Notes under the pieces: model-generated | Seen by the model: only the letters and a program-made list of their open reading frames with translations | The model's database searches: none | Told to the model about the DNA's origin: nothing | From: Parasitella parasitica NRRL 2501 | Taxonomy: Eukaryota; Fungi; Mucoromycota | Reading direction: 5' to 3' | Length of the DNA stretch: 64,000 bases | NCBI GenBank assembly: GCA_025201805.1 | Contig: MU619276.1 | Location: 64,558 to 128,557, forward strand | Shown here: positions 48,167 through 61,047 of the stretch, piece by piece | Layout of the letters: each line of letters opens with the position of its first letter | Position numbering within the stretch: the stretch's first letter is position 1 | Translations under genes and position numbers: made by a program

Positions 48167-49351
48167 CTAAAAACAACGCACAAGAATTTTTCACTATGCT
48201 TTTTTGTTTATACAAATCTTATCGACCCCTATTTCTTTCATTATCATTCTCCATGTACCAACATTTACTTGTCTACACCATTTTTTTTTTTTTTTATATT
48301 AATATATATATATACCTTATTCACATCAAGACATTTCATTTAAATTATTTCACTATATTATATACCAAAATATCCATCATTTTTATAAACATATTTTATC
48401 TACACAACAAACTACAATAAACATACTATGTGCTCTAAACATTTAACGTTTTGCGGCTGCAAGTTGGCTATTACAAGAGTGAGGTCATTGGTACCAGCAT
48501 TTGCAAACCACTGCCATATGTAACAATTCAAATGGAGTTGTGCCACAAAATACGCCCCTCACTGTGTATAGCAAATACCAGGCACGCATCATGAATACCT
48601 TTTTTTTTTTTTTTCCAAACTTTATTAGCGTCAGTGTAAAAAAGGAAAAATTCATCACTTTACTGCAGGAACCACCCAAAGATCGAGACTGTGATGCAGA
48701 AATTCCGTTCAAGATACACAAACATGGCTTTGCAGATCGTTTGAAAATCAGGTTTAATTATGCCTTAAACAGACTGTTATATGCCTACGTATGAAAGCTA
48801 GCGACAATGATAGGTTCGACATGTATGCGCAAGGTTTGAAACAGATTGCTTGGCCCTTTGTGCGCTGTGAGTTATTTGTGTGTTTGATTGAAATTAAGAT
48901 ACATCTTTGTTTTGCAGTATCCGCAAAGCCCATACTTAACAAAAGTGAAATGATGTACCATTATAAACAAATTTCTTCCAGAAAGTGTCAGCGTTGGACG
49001 GATTTTCGTATGAAGAATTGATGACCCTCATACGCCTGTTCTTTCACAATCATTCTTCAAGAGGTGATGCAAGACAAAAAAAAATCAAAATCAAAATCAA
49101 AATCAAAATGATATACGACGTCTTTTATACCACATAGACATGCTAAATTTGTATTCCTGCTGAACCACAGTTTTGGAAGGGTCAGATCCAGCAGGAATAC
49201 TGTACCCATCTTGTTTTGTTTTGAACTTGGAACTTTTTATTTTTGTTTTATTGCATATATATATAAAGATGCGCATATACTACCATACTAATATTTCCCA
49301 AGTTATATATCCGCTCATATATTACATTTGCTGTACACTGTTGGACATAGT

Positions 49352-50363
49352 CTACCGTTTTGCATTATCCCCCGCACGATTGTTGTCGGTGTTGCAGGCA
49401 AAAGAGTTTTTGCTACCATCCAGATTCAACGAAAACAATGTGTTTCCATTCAATGCCATGTTTTCGTTGAAAGTTTTGCAGTCTCGATGGGCCAACAGCA
49501 ATGTTTTCAAATTGACGATTTCTTCCCTCAGCATGGTTGCTTGCGACTGAAGCTGCTCATTATCAGTAGACAAAAATTCAACTCTATGTTGAAGATTGGC
49601 AAGCCACTGCTTCTTTCTTTGACGGCATTTTAAGGCTGCTTGTCTATTGCGCTCCAGAAAGTGCTTCCTTTTGCTCTCTTCGTCGTCATCTTCCTTACCG
49701 CTGCTGCTGACTGAGCTGATTCTCTGTTTTCTGCTCTTCCGCGTGCTTGTTGACACCGAGTATGAGGTGGAGGAAGCTGGAATGGAGCCTTCGGTGTAGC
49801 GACGATTGTACGGTGGAAGCACGGGTGTGGTAGCCAGAGTCTGCATGTCTGGCACTGTCAAGGCACTGGTGATGGTTGGCGGAGTGTACATTGCAGTGTT
49901 TTGCATTATGGGTAAACTGTTTCTATGTTGGCTAAAGTTGAATTGTTCTATCATTTACAAGTTGGTTAAAACATTATCATAGTGCATGAAGCAGTAGCCG
50001 AATCATACCAATGCTACTATCCTGCTGCTGCGAGGAAGACATCTTGTTGTAATAAAAGGGAATTTGATTATTTTCATATACGCTGTCAAACGGATGTGGT
50101 TGATTGAACCCTTGGGTTGCCATCAGCTCGGAAGTTACACCATCTTCCCAGCCATCTGTGCTGCTGGATTGGCCTTGGCTCAATAGAAACTGTGGGTCAA
50201 ACAATTCTTTGTACCGTCCTAGTTTGACGTTTTCTGCTGTGTTTATTGCTTGTTGAGGGCAAGTTGTTTGGTTGGCAATGTTCTCATGTTCGTTTTCTAG
50301 AATGAAAAATGTAAGAGAATAGCCCTAATTATGAAATAAATTGCATTGTCATCATATACCCAT
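49352..50363 (-). CDS. bZIP transcription factor, ATF/CREB (Atf1/Aca-like), 3 exons
   Basis: ESKRKHFLERNRQAALKCRQRKKQWLANLQHRVEFLSTDNEQLQSQATMLREEIVNLKTLLLAHRDC. A 4-nt first exon (ATGG, 50363-50360) splices to ENEHENI..., and a second intron joins ..SSI to EQFNF. Confidence 0.9.
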
Positions 50364-52111
50364 TATACAAAACCGCCGGCTTGGATCAAAAATAAATAGA
50401 AGAAGAGGAAGAAAATGCTGTTTATGAATTTTTATATATTGTTTATCGCATGGATAAAATGAGGGCTATTGGCAGAAAATTCTAGCAACACCGACTATGG
50501 CATGTTTGGCTGGTTTCTATTTCTCTAAATGCATGCTTGGGAAAGCACGGTTTCCTATTCAGCATTTTTCTCTTTCATTTTCCTATATCGCCAAAAATAT
50601 ATTGCGAGTTATTATATACGTGATAGATTGAAATATCTTTATGCATAAATTCTTTTTCGCATCGTTTGCATATGTGGGTCGACACTCAGAATTCAAGCGG
50701 AGGCACTCGATGTAAAATCTTTTTTTTTTTTTTTTTTTTGACAGTTGTTGCATAGAAAACTTCTGCATATTTAGCTTTAAACCATACAAGCAATCTAGTA
50801 GCTTTTTTGAAACATTCTTTCCCTTTTTTTTTTCTTCATATTTCTGTGTATCTTGAACAAAAAGCACAAATTGAGATGGAAGAACCAAGCATGCGGGAAC
50901 AACGGTCAATGCAGATTGATTGGGTATCAATCGTATCCTGTTTGGATGCAGAAAGATTGCTGTCCTGTTTCCACATATCATGCTGATCATTCCTGATAAA
51001 TAGCTGAGAACCTTTGCCTTGGTTCTTGAAAGTTGAATATCGAATTTAAACCCGAGAACATAGGCCACTTTTGCTTTGAATGAAAGGAATGTGGCAAATT
51101 TCGATCTGTCCAAATACTGTACATCTACATTTTTGATATCCTTTTCAAATCTTTCAAATTGTTTTTGCGATCTTATCATGGGCCATTGACACGAGCGTCT
51201 ACTTTAAAATAGAGAATAGCTAGGAATTTTTTTTTTTTTTTTTAATTTCTACAACAAAAAAAAATCAGGCCAAACAAAAGCACAGAGATCGAAAAAAATA
51301 AAAAAAAAAAGATGAGTGGTCTACCATAATAGACATCCGAAAAGTCAAACAATAGATTGTTGGAGGGAATTCCAGAACAAACATTTCTTTTCTTGGCATC
51401 CTGCTCCATAAGTTCACTCTCCATCTATGTGCTCATCACGAAGTAATGGATGCTCAAAAAGGTGCGTATCTTTTCCGGAAAAATATCTAATATCCATGGA
51501 AAAAACTAGTTCATATTAGGCAAGATCAAGTATATCAGATAATATCGCAAGGCAACCAGGTTTCTAAATGCAACAATTCATATTTCATTACAACATTTGT
51601 CGGGATACCACATGTTGAGGGAGGTGGGGGGGGGGTTTATAGTAGTTTGACCAATTAGCCAGGCCTCGACAAATATCAGAATCGCTTGATCAGATGAAGC
51701 CATCACCTCGTTACTGGGAGCAACATTGTGTGAAGGCTAATGAGACGTTATTCGTGAGGCACAGACAAACTTTGGTTTATAGATTAGTATCCATCATAGA
51801 GAAATGCAGCATGCTGCAGACAAGAACACTACAATAGGTAAAATCAAGCCCCTCAGAACCTATTTCCTCGATCCCAGACTAAACCATACTGTAGACTTTT
51901 GTGTGGCGCTAGTTATATCATGTAGTGCTGCAGCAAGGCACCGTATAAGTAGATCCTGCTGCTGTTTGCCAAACCGCTTTGTACGTCACGACCCTGCTCT
52001 AATTCGTTTGTGCGGGGTGGGGTTCATGTTGATTGACAAACCGATGAAAACAAAACAACCAATTTTTTTTTTTTTTTTCCCTATCAAACTTGTATTAACT
52101 AACAAAGAAAG

Positions 52112-52537
52112 ATGGCTTCTGGATTTGGCTTAGATGGCGGTAACGTATCAAACACTGGAGAAAAAGCGAGTTTTGCGTTGTATTGAGTAATAGACACACA
52201 GGTCGTGGGCGTTGTTTCCACTTTTGGCAAGAATTTAACAAATGCTATGCCTCTGCCGACCTTCCTCAGCAGTGTCTTGATCAACGTGACGATTACCTTG
52301 AATGTCTTCATCATACCAAAGAGGTAACGTTCGGCTACAGTGCTAACGGACAATAGTCTGACACATTGTGCGCAATAGTTTGCTCGTATCACCCGTATTA
52401 AAACCGAGGAATTGAAGCAAGCTGAAAAGAGAAAGCACGACCTCGCAAAGCAACAAAAGGATGCGTTGACTGCAGCAAAGTCCAACTTGCCAAAATTAAA
52501 CATCATTGACGATAAAGAATCAGCAAAGGCAGAATAA
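52112..52537 (+). CDS. NDUFS5: NADH:ubiquinone oxidoreductase subunit NDUFS5 (twin-Cys), 102 aa, 3 exons (52112-52139, 52202-52323, 52379-52537)
   Basis: Spliced MASGFGLDGGRGRCFHFWQEFNKCYASADLPQQCLDQRDDYLECLHHTKEFARITRIK... with a twin CX9C pattern. It is absent from the ORF track. Confidence 0.88.
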
Positions 52538-52986
52538 ACTATGGATTTTTTTTTAGATTTGATTTTTATACGCCACAATCACACAGCACCAACATTTCCT
52601 CACGCACACACTACTACGCTTTTGCAAAATACGCAACGTCAGGCTACAGCACACCCTAATGTTGTAAACTGAAGGTATATAATAATAAAAAAAAATCAAT
52701 TGATATCAATGGAGATGAACAAAATACACAGATCAACAGATTGAGATATTCAATGGAATTTGTTAATGGATAAGGAATTTCTATAATGTGTGTGTATGTG
52801 TGTGTGTGTGTGTGGGCTTATATAGGGACCAGGGGATTAAATAATAACAAGATAGGCATTTGGATAATAATAGTGTAGCAAAATAGTAAAAGGTAACATG
52901 ATATTAATAGCAAGTAGTAATGGCACAGTCTACATGGGGGGGGGGAGGGGAGGGGAGGGGAAGGAGGAGGATATGGAGGCATAGTT

Positions 52987-53386
52987 TCAGCAGGCGTTAC
53001 AGGTTGTAAGTTTGCCCATGTAATAGCAAATCACCATTGCAAGGAAGACGACAGATATCTGCTGACCATTAAATGAAAGCTCGTCTGTGATCATGATTAT
53101 GTTGTTATTCTATACAAAAAAACGTAGTGTTAGAAAAGAGTGATGCGAGACCCATCTGGTATACATGTATTCACATACCTGATGCTCGGGGATTAGTACA
53201 TAACCCTTTGGCACCTTGATGGGAATAGGCAATGCATCGCCTTTTGGTCTCGTAAGCGCCATTTTTTTCTTTTCCTCTTCTTTCAAGAGTATCTTTTCAA
53301 TTTCCAACTTGGCAATTGTAATGGAAGGCGCGGCGATGTCCTGCTTTTGCTTGTCGTCTTGTTCTTCAGGGGCACTAGCACCCCCA

Positions 53387-53417
<31 letters not shown>

Positions 53418-54393
53418 TCGAGCTAGACGAAACTGATGATTCACTGTCAACAACAGCATCATCGTTGCTAAACCTCGTGGTTGCAGCATTCGGGGTAGCA
53501 GGCTCAGAAGCTGTGGTATCCCCATCTGACCTACAAGAGCTATCCATGGTAGCTTGTCGCTGTTGTTGAGTATACAGATCTCCATTGTATCGATACGTCG
53601 TATAGTGTGTAGCTTCGTTATGGTACAAGGGGGATAGCGTGAATGTCACTTGCTTTCCATCAATGGCTTCGTTTGTAGTAAAGATCTTGATGCTTCTGCG
53701 GTCCTTTGATGATATCTGGACGCGGGCTATATTTTCTGGAATGATTTTGATGTCCAAGCCATGCGGAAACATGGTGCGGTGGAAGCGAATGTCTGTGCAC
53801 CACAGAGACGTGCTCGACTGTTTACGTGCTCGATAGGAATTCGACGCTTGATGTTTGGCAATAAAGATAATCTGATAATTGTTGGTCAGGGCGTCGAAAC
53901 CTTCTTGCACCACTTTCCCCGCGACTCTGCGAATATAAGGAGGACATCCATACTGAAGCAGGTAGCGATGCATGTGAGTGATAGACTGCAACGACGAGTC
54001 CATCCATGTCTGCAACACGTGTTGCGGCAGCGTGTGTTTGAGGTCCAAGTTGCAGATGAAACTGACAGCGACCTGTACAGTGCGGCCATGTTTGTCAAAT
54101 TTTGGACGGAACACCCAGCCATAGAGATCCGTGTGGGCGCGAGTACGATTCCCTGCTTCGTCTGGTGGGACCTGTTGATCAGTGACGCTTGTTGTGGCAG
54201 TGTATACTGTGCCTGTTATAGGGTCTGTTTCGATACTGGTGATTGCTGCTAAATCCACGCTCGCCATAGAAAGCAGCCCGCCTAGATACCATTGCACCAA
54301 ATACTCCTTTTGGCTAAATCGTTCAACAGTCTGACCTCCTTCAAAAGAAGAATCCCCTGTTGTGTAGGTATATGTATAAGCAANNNNNNNNNN

Positions 54394-54424
<31 letters not shown>

Positions 54425-56376
54425 ACAACACTTACAGATTTTCCTCGACCCATAACAATGGATGACAGAGCACAGTTGCTCTGCTGTCCACCCGCCCTGA
54501 ATCAGGCCATCTACGCGAATAAAAGGCGTCCTTTGCAAACTATCGTCTGGTTCTTGGTCGTCTTCCTCGTCGCCATCATCTGAAAAGACGCGTGCTGCAA
54601 ACATGTAGTGCTTTGATCCATCATCCAGCTCATTTGTGAGGGTCCATTTGTCTAGCGAAAATGCAAGCTTTTTGAGCAATTGGATGCTTTCTACTTTTTG
54701 GATTGGGTGGCGATGGGGAAGGTACAGATGACCTCCTTTTGGGGGGTTTTTAGCCGGCACAGGGAGCGCATTTTTGTGATGGTGTGGTTGTGTCGACAAA
54801 GAGTTGTCTGTCGCTGGAACGTCAGTATTCGGTGGCGCTTGATTTGCAGTGTATGTGATGTCGTGTTCAGCAAACGAAATGTGCTTTTTGCCGCTGGATG
54901 TTGACGGTAGCTGTTGCGTTTGCTGCTGTGATGGAGGTGCGATGATTGGTTGCGGCGGTGCCACTAAAATAGTGCTATGATGCAAGTGTTGCTTTGTTGA
55001 CGATGCAGTAGCAGCAGATTGCAACAGCCGATTCGTACTATTAAAATGCTGGTGCTGCTGGTGCTGGTGCTGCTGCTGCTGCTGCTGCTGTTGCTGATGC
55101 TGTGGGTACGTTTGCAGATGGCTGCTCATAACTGAGGGTCTCCTGCTATGACCCTTGCTAATTGACTGTAGCAGCCCGCTCTTGTTTGTCTGCTGAGAAC
55201 GCATGCGCTCTGTCTTTCGTTCGAGGTACTCTGCGACTTTGGCAATGACTAGCGGTCGTCGAGCCAATGTCTTTTTCGCAAAGCCTGGGACCCAACCTTT
55301 CATATTTTCCTGTACAACAAAAATCACCTTGGTTGCAGGATGTGGCCCGCCGTGCAACGGCTCTAACACCCAGCCTTGCAGCTGCGCAATTTTTTGTCAA
55401 TTAAATTTTTCTCCATGGCCTATCAGCTTGTCTTTTTACCTTTGTGTTGACTCTGGTTCGCCCGTTGACTCTGGGTATTCGTGGCGTCTCTACGCTCGTG
55501 CATGCAAAGACGATGGCGCCGTTCTGTGTGCATTCAATCTTTTCAACTAGTGCCAAGTCTCTTGATCTATTATCCAAAGAAAAAAAAAAATTTTTTTTAA
55601 GGGGATGTCAGTAATGCAAGACGACATGTACAAATGTACAAACAAGTATTTTCCATAACAAGGAATTCAACTTACTTGCTGGTGGCGGTTGGCTTCATCA
55701 CCTCGTAGGTCAGCGAGGTTGTGTCGTTTAGGTTTTCCACGAGATTACCATCCTCGTATCTTTTTTATTTTTTTTTTATTATTAGCCAAATAGTCTTTCG
55801 GGATGCATGGAATTGAACTTACTGCTCATCCCACAATTTACGCATGCCAATAACGTAGAATATCGCTTGTGGCGAAAACCCTTGGATAATCGCTTCGCCT
55901 TTGAAAATTGGAGTTCTATCCCCTTTGTGTATGCCGTTCTTCATGTGCACCATGACTCCACTTTTGTGTTTGAGCGCCTTCTTCCAGCCGTCTTCCAAAA
56001 TGACATGTTTCAAAGTCAGCAATGCATTATCAGCTTGATGGATGTGGTACGTCGAAGAGCTTAGAACTGGGTCAATGTAGCCAGAGATGGTTGCAGAGGA
56101 AGGGATGGTGGATGATGACGACGACGACTGGTTCTGTTGTGTATGAAACCATCGAGCAGTCAATCCTTGTATTTGCTGCTGCTGCTGCTGATGATGATGA
56201 TCGTCATCGTCATCGTCATCGCTGAAAATAGCGTTGTAATGGCTGAATGTGCTGTTTGAAGTGTTGTTGTTGAGCGTCGAGCGCTTCAAGAAACCGGATT
56301 TGCCTTGACAGGCTTCTTCCCATTCGTGGGCTAATTCGTCCTGGCTGAATGATGGCTGTGCTAAGGAACGTGTCAT
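52987..56376 (-). CDS. Tandem START/SRPBCC lipid-binding protein with C-terminal transmembrane anchor, multi-exon
   Basis: START1 (GWKKALKHKSGVMVHM, PIFKGEAIIQGFSPQAIF..RKLWDE, GWVLEP..TKVIFVVQENMKGWVP), START2 (IRVDGLIQGGWTAEQL, DLYGWVFRP, VSFICNLDL) and the tail FNGQQISVVFLAMVICYYMGK. Confidence 0.85.
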
Positions 56377-57529
56377 TTTCTAATTGAGCATGTCCTTCAA
56401 GTCTTCAAACCAAACGAGAATATGAATAAAGTTTATTATTATCAGAAGAAGGGGAGGGGGAGAGGCGAGGCAGCGGCTTTATTTTGTAGACAAGGAAAAA
56501 AAAAAAACAAGCAAAAAGGGGGTGGAGGTTACTCAAATTGGGATGTTTTAGAGAAATGCCTGAAGCCTTGAAAGGGGTACATGCCACGTTTTTCCACACA
56601 TTTATGGTGTGAAAAAGTGCCCCTCTAAAAATGACACAAAGGTGATTCAATGGGTATTACCGTACAATATTGAGGCTGCCGTACGGCAAGTTTATTGGGT
56701 AGCCTGCCTCGTTTGAGAATATGACACAAAACGCACTGAAAGAGTTTCTTTTTCCAAAAACGTGTTTTAACGTGTGTCAAATCGTGGTGCTCTTCAAGGC
56801 TGCAATTGACAAACTAGACAACAAATCGCATAAATCCATGGGAACATCTCCTTTCACACACTCACACACTCACACACTCACACACTCACGAGCCCTGCAC
56901 ACTCAATGTTGAAAATGCACCATATCACTAGCGGATAGACTTTTAAAAAGTCGATCCAAGAGAGTAAACAGTTTGTCTTTGTCAACAGATCGAGAAAAAG
57001 TGTACATCCTTCAGCAGAAAAGCCAGCTATGCGCCGAACGACAGATAATGTGCGCAATTGCGAATTGATACATACATACATATATGCATACATACATACA
57101 CATCTAGGATCTGGTATATAGACTGCTAGCTCATTTCTACTGACCTGTATACATGTCTTTTTGTTCGCCATCCAGAAGAGACATGCAAACTTGTTCTACT
57201 GCCATTAGTAACTTGTACTATGACATTGCAAGAGAAATTGTTTGCCACAAAAAGACAATCAACGTTTATCGCACCAAAGTATTATTGTTGTCAATGTGAA
57301 AGCTCAAAATTGCACNNNNNNNNNNNNNNNNNNNNNACATGTACACCAGAATCTTGAGATACGTTCAAGAGTAAATTTAGCATGCTCTACCTAGTTCAGT
57401 ACGCCTTTGAAAATTGTTTTCAGCCATGTTTTGCCTGTTTCCAAGTACTGTAACTACCGTACTACAACTGCCACTGTGACAAGTAATTTACTCGTCTCTT
57501 TTCCATGTTTGTGCCATTTTGAACGCGAG

Positions 57530-57567
<38 letters not shown>

Positions 57568-57593
57568 AACCTTCAACATCACTTTATCAAAAC

Positions 57594-58362
57594 ATGTCTG
57601 GCAAATCCGAATTCTATGTTAGATACTAGTAAGTTTTGAATGAATGTATAGCCCTGCTACTGCGTCCTGATTCCCTCGTGCAGCAGCGGCCATCGTGGCA
57701 GATATGGCCATGAGTTTCTAGAGTTCGAGTTTAGGTCTGACGGCCTTTGTCGATATGCAAATAACTCCAATTATAGAAAGGACAATTTGATCAAGAAAGA
57801 GAGTAGGTTCTGTCATCATGTTTGGTGACGTCTAGCAAATATTTATCTTGCAACAACATAGTGTACGTTAGTGCTGCTGTCATTGACGAGTTGAAGAGAA
57901 TCATTGAAGATAGCGAGGTGATGAAGTAAGTTTTTGCCTTTCTTTTTTTTTTTTTTTCTGCGAAAACTAGCTGGAAGCTCAATGTTTCTCTTACTGTTGC
58001 CGCACCCTGTAGAGAAGATGATAGCCAATGGCCTACCAAAAATGTAGTTGGTAGCCAAGAAATCGAAGTACGTCTCGGCAGCGAACACATTTCATTCGAG
58101 GTAAGATGGCTCGATGCCAAACCTGTTTGTGCACCTTCATACTAACCCTTTGGCGACAGACATCTAAACTGAGCTCGCTTGTCGAAGTCCAAGAAAGCAA
58201 GGATCCTGAAGGCTTGCGTGCATTTTATTACCTCGTCCAAGATCTGAAGGCTTTTGTTTTCTCTTTAATTTCGCTGCATTTCAAGGTAGGAAATTTGCGT
58301 TTTATTATCTTTGTATTCTAATTTTTTGTGTGGGATTTTGTTAGATAAAACCTATTAACTAA
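57594..58362 (+). CDS. mago: Mago nashi, exon junction complex core subunit (6 exons)
   Basis: Spliced [51 protein letters not shown]...[35 protein letters not shown]. Confidence 0.96.
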
Positions 58363-58415
58363 TAGTAAAATAAAATAAAATTTGATTTATATATATTTAC
58401 ATATATAAATAATAA

Positions 58416-58472
58416 AGAGAGAGAAAGAGAAGGAGAGAGAGAGAGAGAGAGAGACAGAGAGAGAGAGAGAGT
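58416..58472. repeat. (GA)n microsatellite between the convergent mago and HMG genes
   Basis: Visible, imperfect AG dinucleotide run. Confidence 0.9.
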
Positions 58473-58499
58473 AAACATGAAATCTAAAGCCACTTTTCC

Positions 58500-59549
58500 T
58501 TACAAAGCAGTATTATTGGGCGTCTCAGGCATAGGGATAGATTGATCTGTTGCTATCGACGAAAAAGCAGCATGAGCAGGAGGAGGGGGAAGATGATGTT
58601 GTAGCTGGAAAGTGGACGAAATCTGAGGAGCAGGAGGGTGAGAGAGAGCAGGAGATAATGCACTAACAGGCTTTGGTAAATCATCATCACCATCCATGAG
58701 ATCATCGTCATCATCAATCGCCTCATCGTCCATGTCGTCCTCGTCATCGTCTTGAAGCATGTCGATTTCCTCATCGTCCATGTCTAATTTATCGTCGTGA
58801 TCGTCGCCTTCTCCATCTTGTTTGATTTTGTTGGCTGCTGCCTCAACAGCAGCAGCACCTTCGATGCCACCGCCAGCAGCTGTGTAGCTTTTCATTGCGA
58901 CCTCGTATTCATCTTGCTCCTTTTTGTAAATATCATAATACTTTTGCTTCTGCTCTTTTGTAAGTGCTTTCCACTTTTGACCTAGCAAACGAGTCACCTC
59001 GCCCAAGCTTTCGTTGGGCACTTCATCTTTAATGTTATCACGCTCCATACGACAATACAGGAAAAATACGTTGCCAGGACCCTTTGGTGCATTAGGATCT
59101 CTCTTTTTTCTGGGTGTTGCCGACGCATTTTTTCGAGCTCCTTTGACTTCAGACTGTAAACAATTGAATTTGAATGCGCTAGTTGTTTTTTTTTTTTAGT
59201 CCACTTGAAAAACTTACTATGACGGATTCTGAGATGGACATTTCAGAATCACTTTCAGCTCCTCCTCCTCCAACAGAACCCATGGCGGCAGCGACAGCAG
59301 CAGCAGCAGTCGCACTACCAGGTAGTCCATTGGATTTTTTGCTGGAACGTGGTGTAGAACGAGTTTGTCTTAAATCTTCAATTTCTTCCAACAAAACGCT
59401 GCAAAACGCCCGTTAGATAATGAAAGTGACATGACTGACTTCTTACATTCTTTCGACTCGAAGTCTTTTGATATGATGGCGTGCCTTGGCAAGTTGAGCA
59501 ACTATATTGTCATTTTCCTGCCCGAGGTGGTCAGTCAGTCTGCTATGCG

Positions 59550-59589
<40 letters not shown>

Positions 59590-59595
59590 CATACT

Positions 59596-59643
<48 letters not shown>

Positions 59644-59732
59644 TCTCCTAGTATTAATTTGTTTTTTTTTTTATTTTGCATTTTACAACTTTTTTGGGAT
59701 CTCTTACTTTTATTATCTTCTGTGGAGCTCAT
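58500..59732 (-). CDS. NHP10: HMG-box protein, Nhp10-like (INO80 complex-associated)
   Basis: N-terminal coiled coil (ENDNIVAQLAKARHHIKRLRVER/VLLEEIE), HMG box DPNAPKGPGNVFFLYCRMERDNIKDEVPNESLGEVTRLLGQKWKALTKEQKQKYY and an acidic tail. The putative first exon is MSSTEDNK at 59732. The 5' part is obscured by poly-T runs. Confidence 0.72.
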
Positions 59733-59859
59733 GTTTAAAATCGATTATTCGGAATATTATATAGAAAAGGGAGATGGAAAGAGAGAAAGAGAGAAGAAAA
59801 AAAAGAGAGAAAGGAAAGTTTTTTTTTTTTTAAAAGAAATCGTATTGAATGGGTGTGTG

Positions 59860-59923
<64 letters not shown>

Positions 59924-60014
59924 CTTCTTCTTCTTTTTTCTGAATTGGAAGAAAGCTTGAATATGGTGGTTCCTTTTAGACTTGCTGCGTAGAACGAGAT
60001 TTTATAGTTTATAG

Positions 60015-60986
60015 TTACAAATCCTCTTCTCGCACCAAATCATTGATAAACATGTATCTCGAGAAAGTGACATACAGCCATCTAAACCATACCAGCTGAC
60101 TCTTGTGTTGTCGCATTGCTTTGTGCGTTGCCAAGTACGCAAAGGGAGGCGAAATCATTTCAACAGACTTCTTGCTATTGGGGAGAATGAGATCAAAGAT
60201 GCCGATGTATTTACGAATCAACGAGACGGATGTGAGTTTGTATAGCTGAATATCCCTGTTTTGTCGTACAAATGCTCTTGCCATTGTGTATTTTGGTTAG
60301 TCAAACACAAAGGATAGCTTTTGATTGTGCGTATCATACCTTGCGCCATGGTAGGCTGCAATGTGATTAGGATGTTGAGAAACTCCATGATCGTCAAAAG
60401 TGATTATCTTTTTTTTTTTTTTTTTTTTTTTCATCAACTCTACATCAAATATCAGTCCCCTTACTGTGTCAATCTTATGCTTTGTCACATAATCTTTTAC
60501 AACCTGCGTAATCACGTTTATATCCCATTGGCTTTTCATGCCATCTGACAGCTCACTAATATATCTTTTAAAAAAAATGTCAAACAACAGGATTCAAATG
60601 CCAAACATACGGTAGATCAAGAGATTTCACATGTGAGGCTGGGATGCCAAATGTTTGACAGCTCTTCACCAGCTCCTTTTTTCGAATCACGCCTAGACCA
60701 TCAGCATTGCCTAGCAACCATATTCAATACTCCAAAACAGAAAATGCAGCCATTAGGCTATGAATTTACCAATGGATAAGCACAATACATGAATACGCGA
60801 CTTTGTTAGTGTTCTGAGGCAAGTGATGGTGGGACCGAAAAACATGCATTCGTCGTCAGGATGAGCCGTAAGAATTAGCATGTTGTTTGTCGAGATTGGC
60901 AGTGGTTTTTGAAACTGTGCAAGACTAAAGTAGGCATACACCAACAGTGCAACCAAACAAGCAAAACTAATAAATGCTGCCAACAT
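60015..60986 (-). CDS. GPI12: N-acetylglucosaminyl-phosphatidylinositol de-N-acetylase (PIG-L)
   Basis: N-terminal TM, then AHPDDECMFFGPTI, LCLSIGNADGLG..RKKEL, ITFDDHGVSQHPNH and AMRQHKSQLVWFRWLYVTFSRYMFINDL. Confidence 0.94.
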
Positions 60987-61047
60987 GATAATGATTGTGG
61001 ACAAGAAAAGAAACCAAAAACCAAAAAAGCAGAGAAAAATATTTATT

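Noticed and set aside
59507-59943. Poly-Phe ORFs here, and poly-Lys/Phe ORF starts at 23055, 39887-40207 and 37958
   Set aside because: These are translations of homopolymer runs and N gaps, not proteins.
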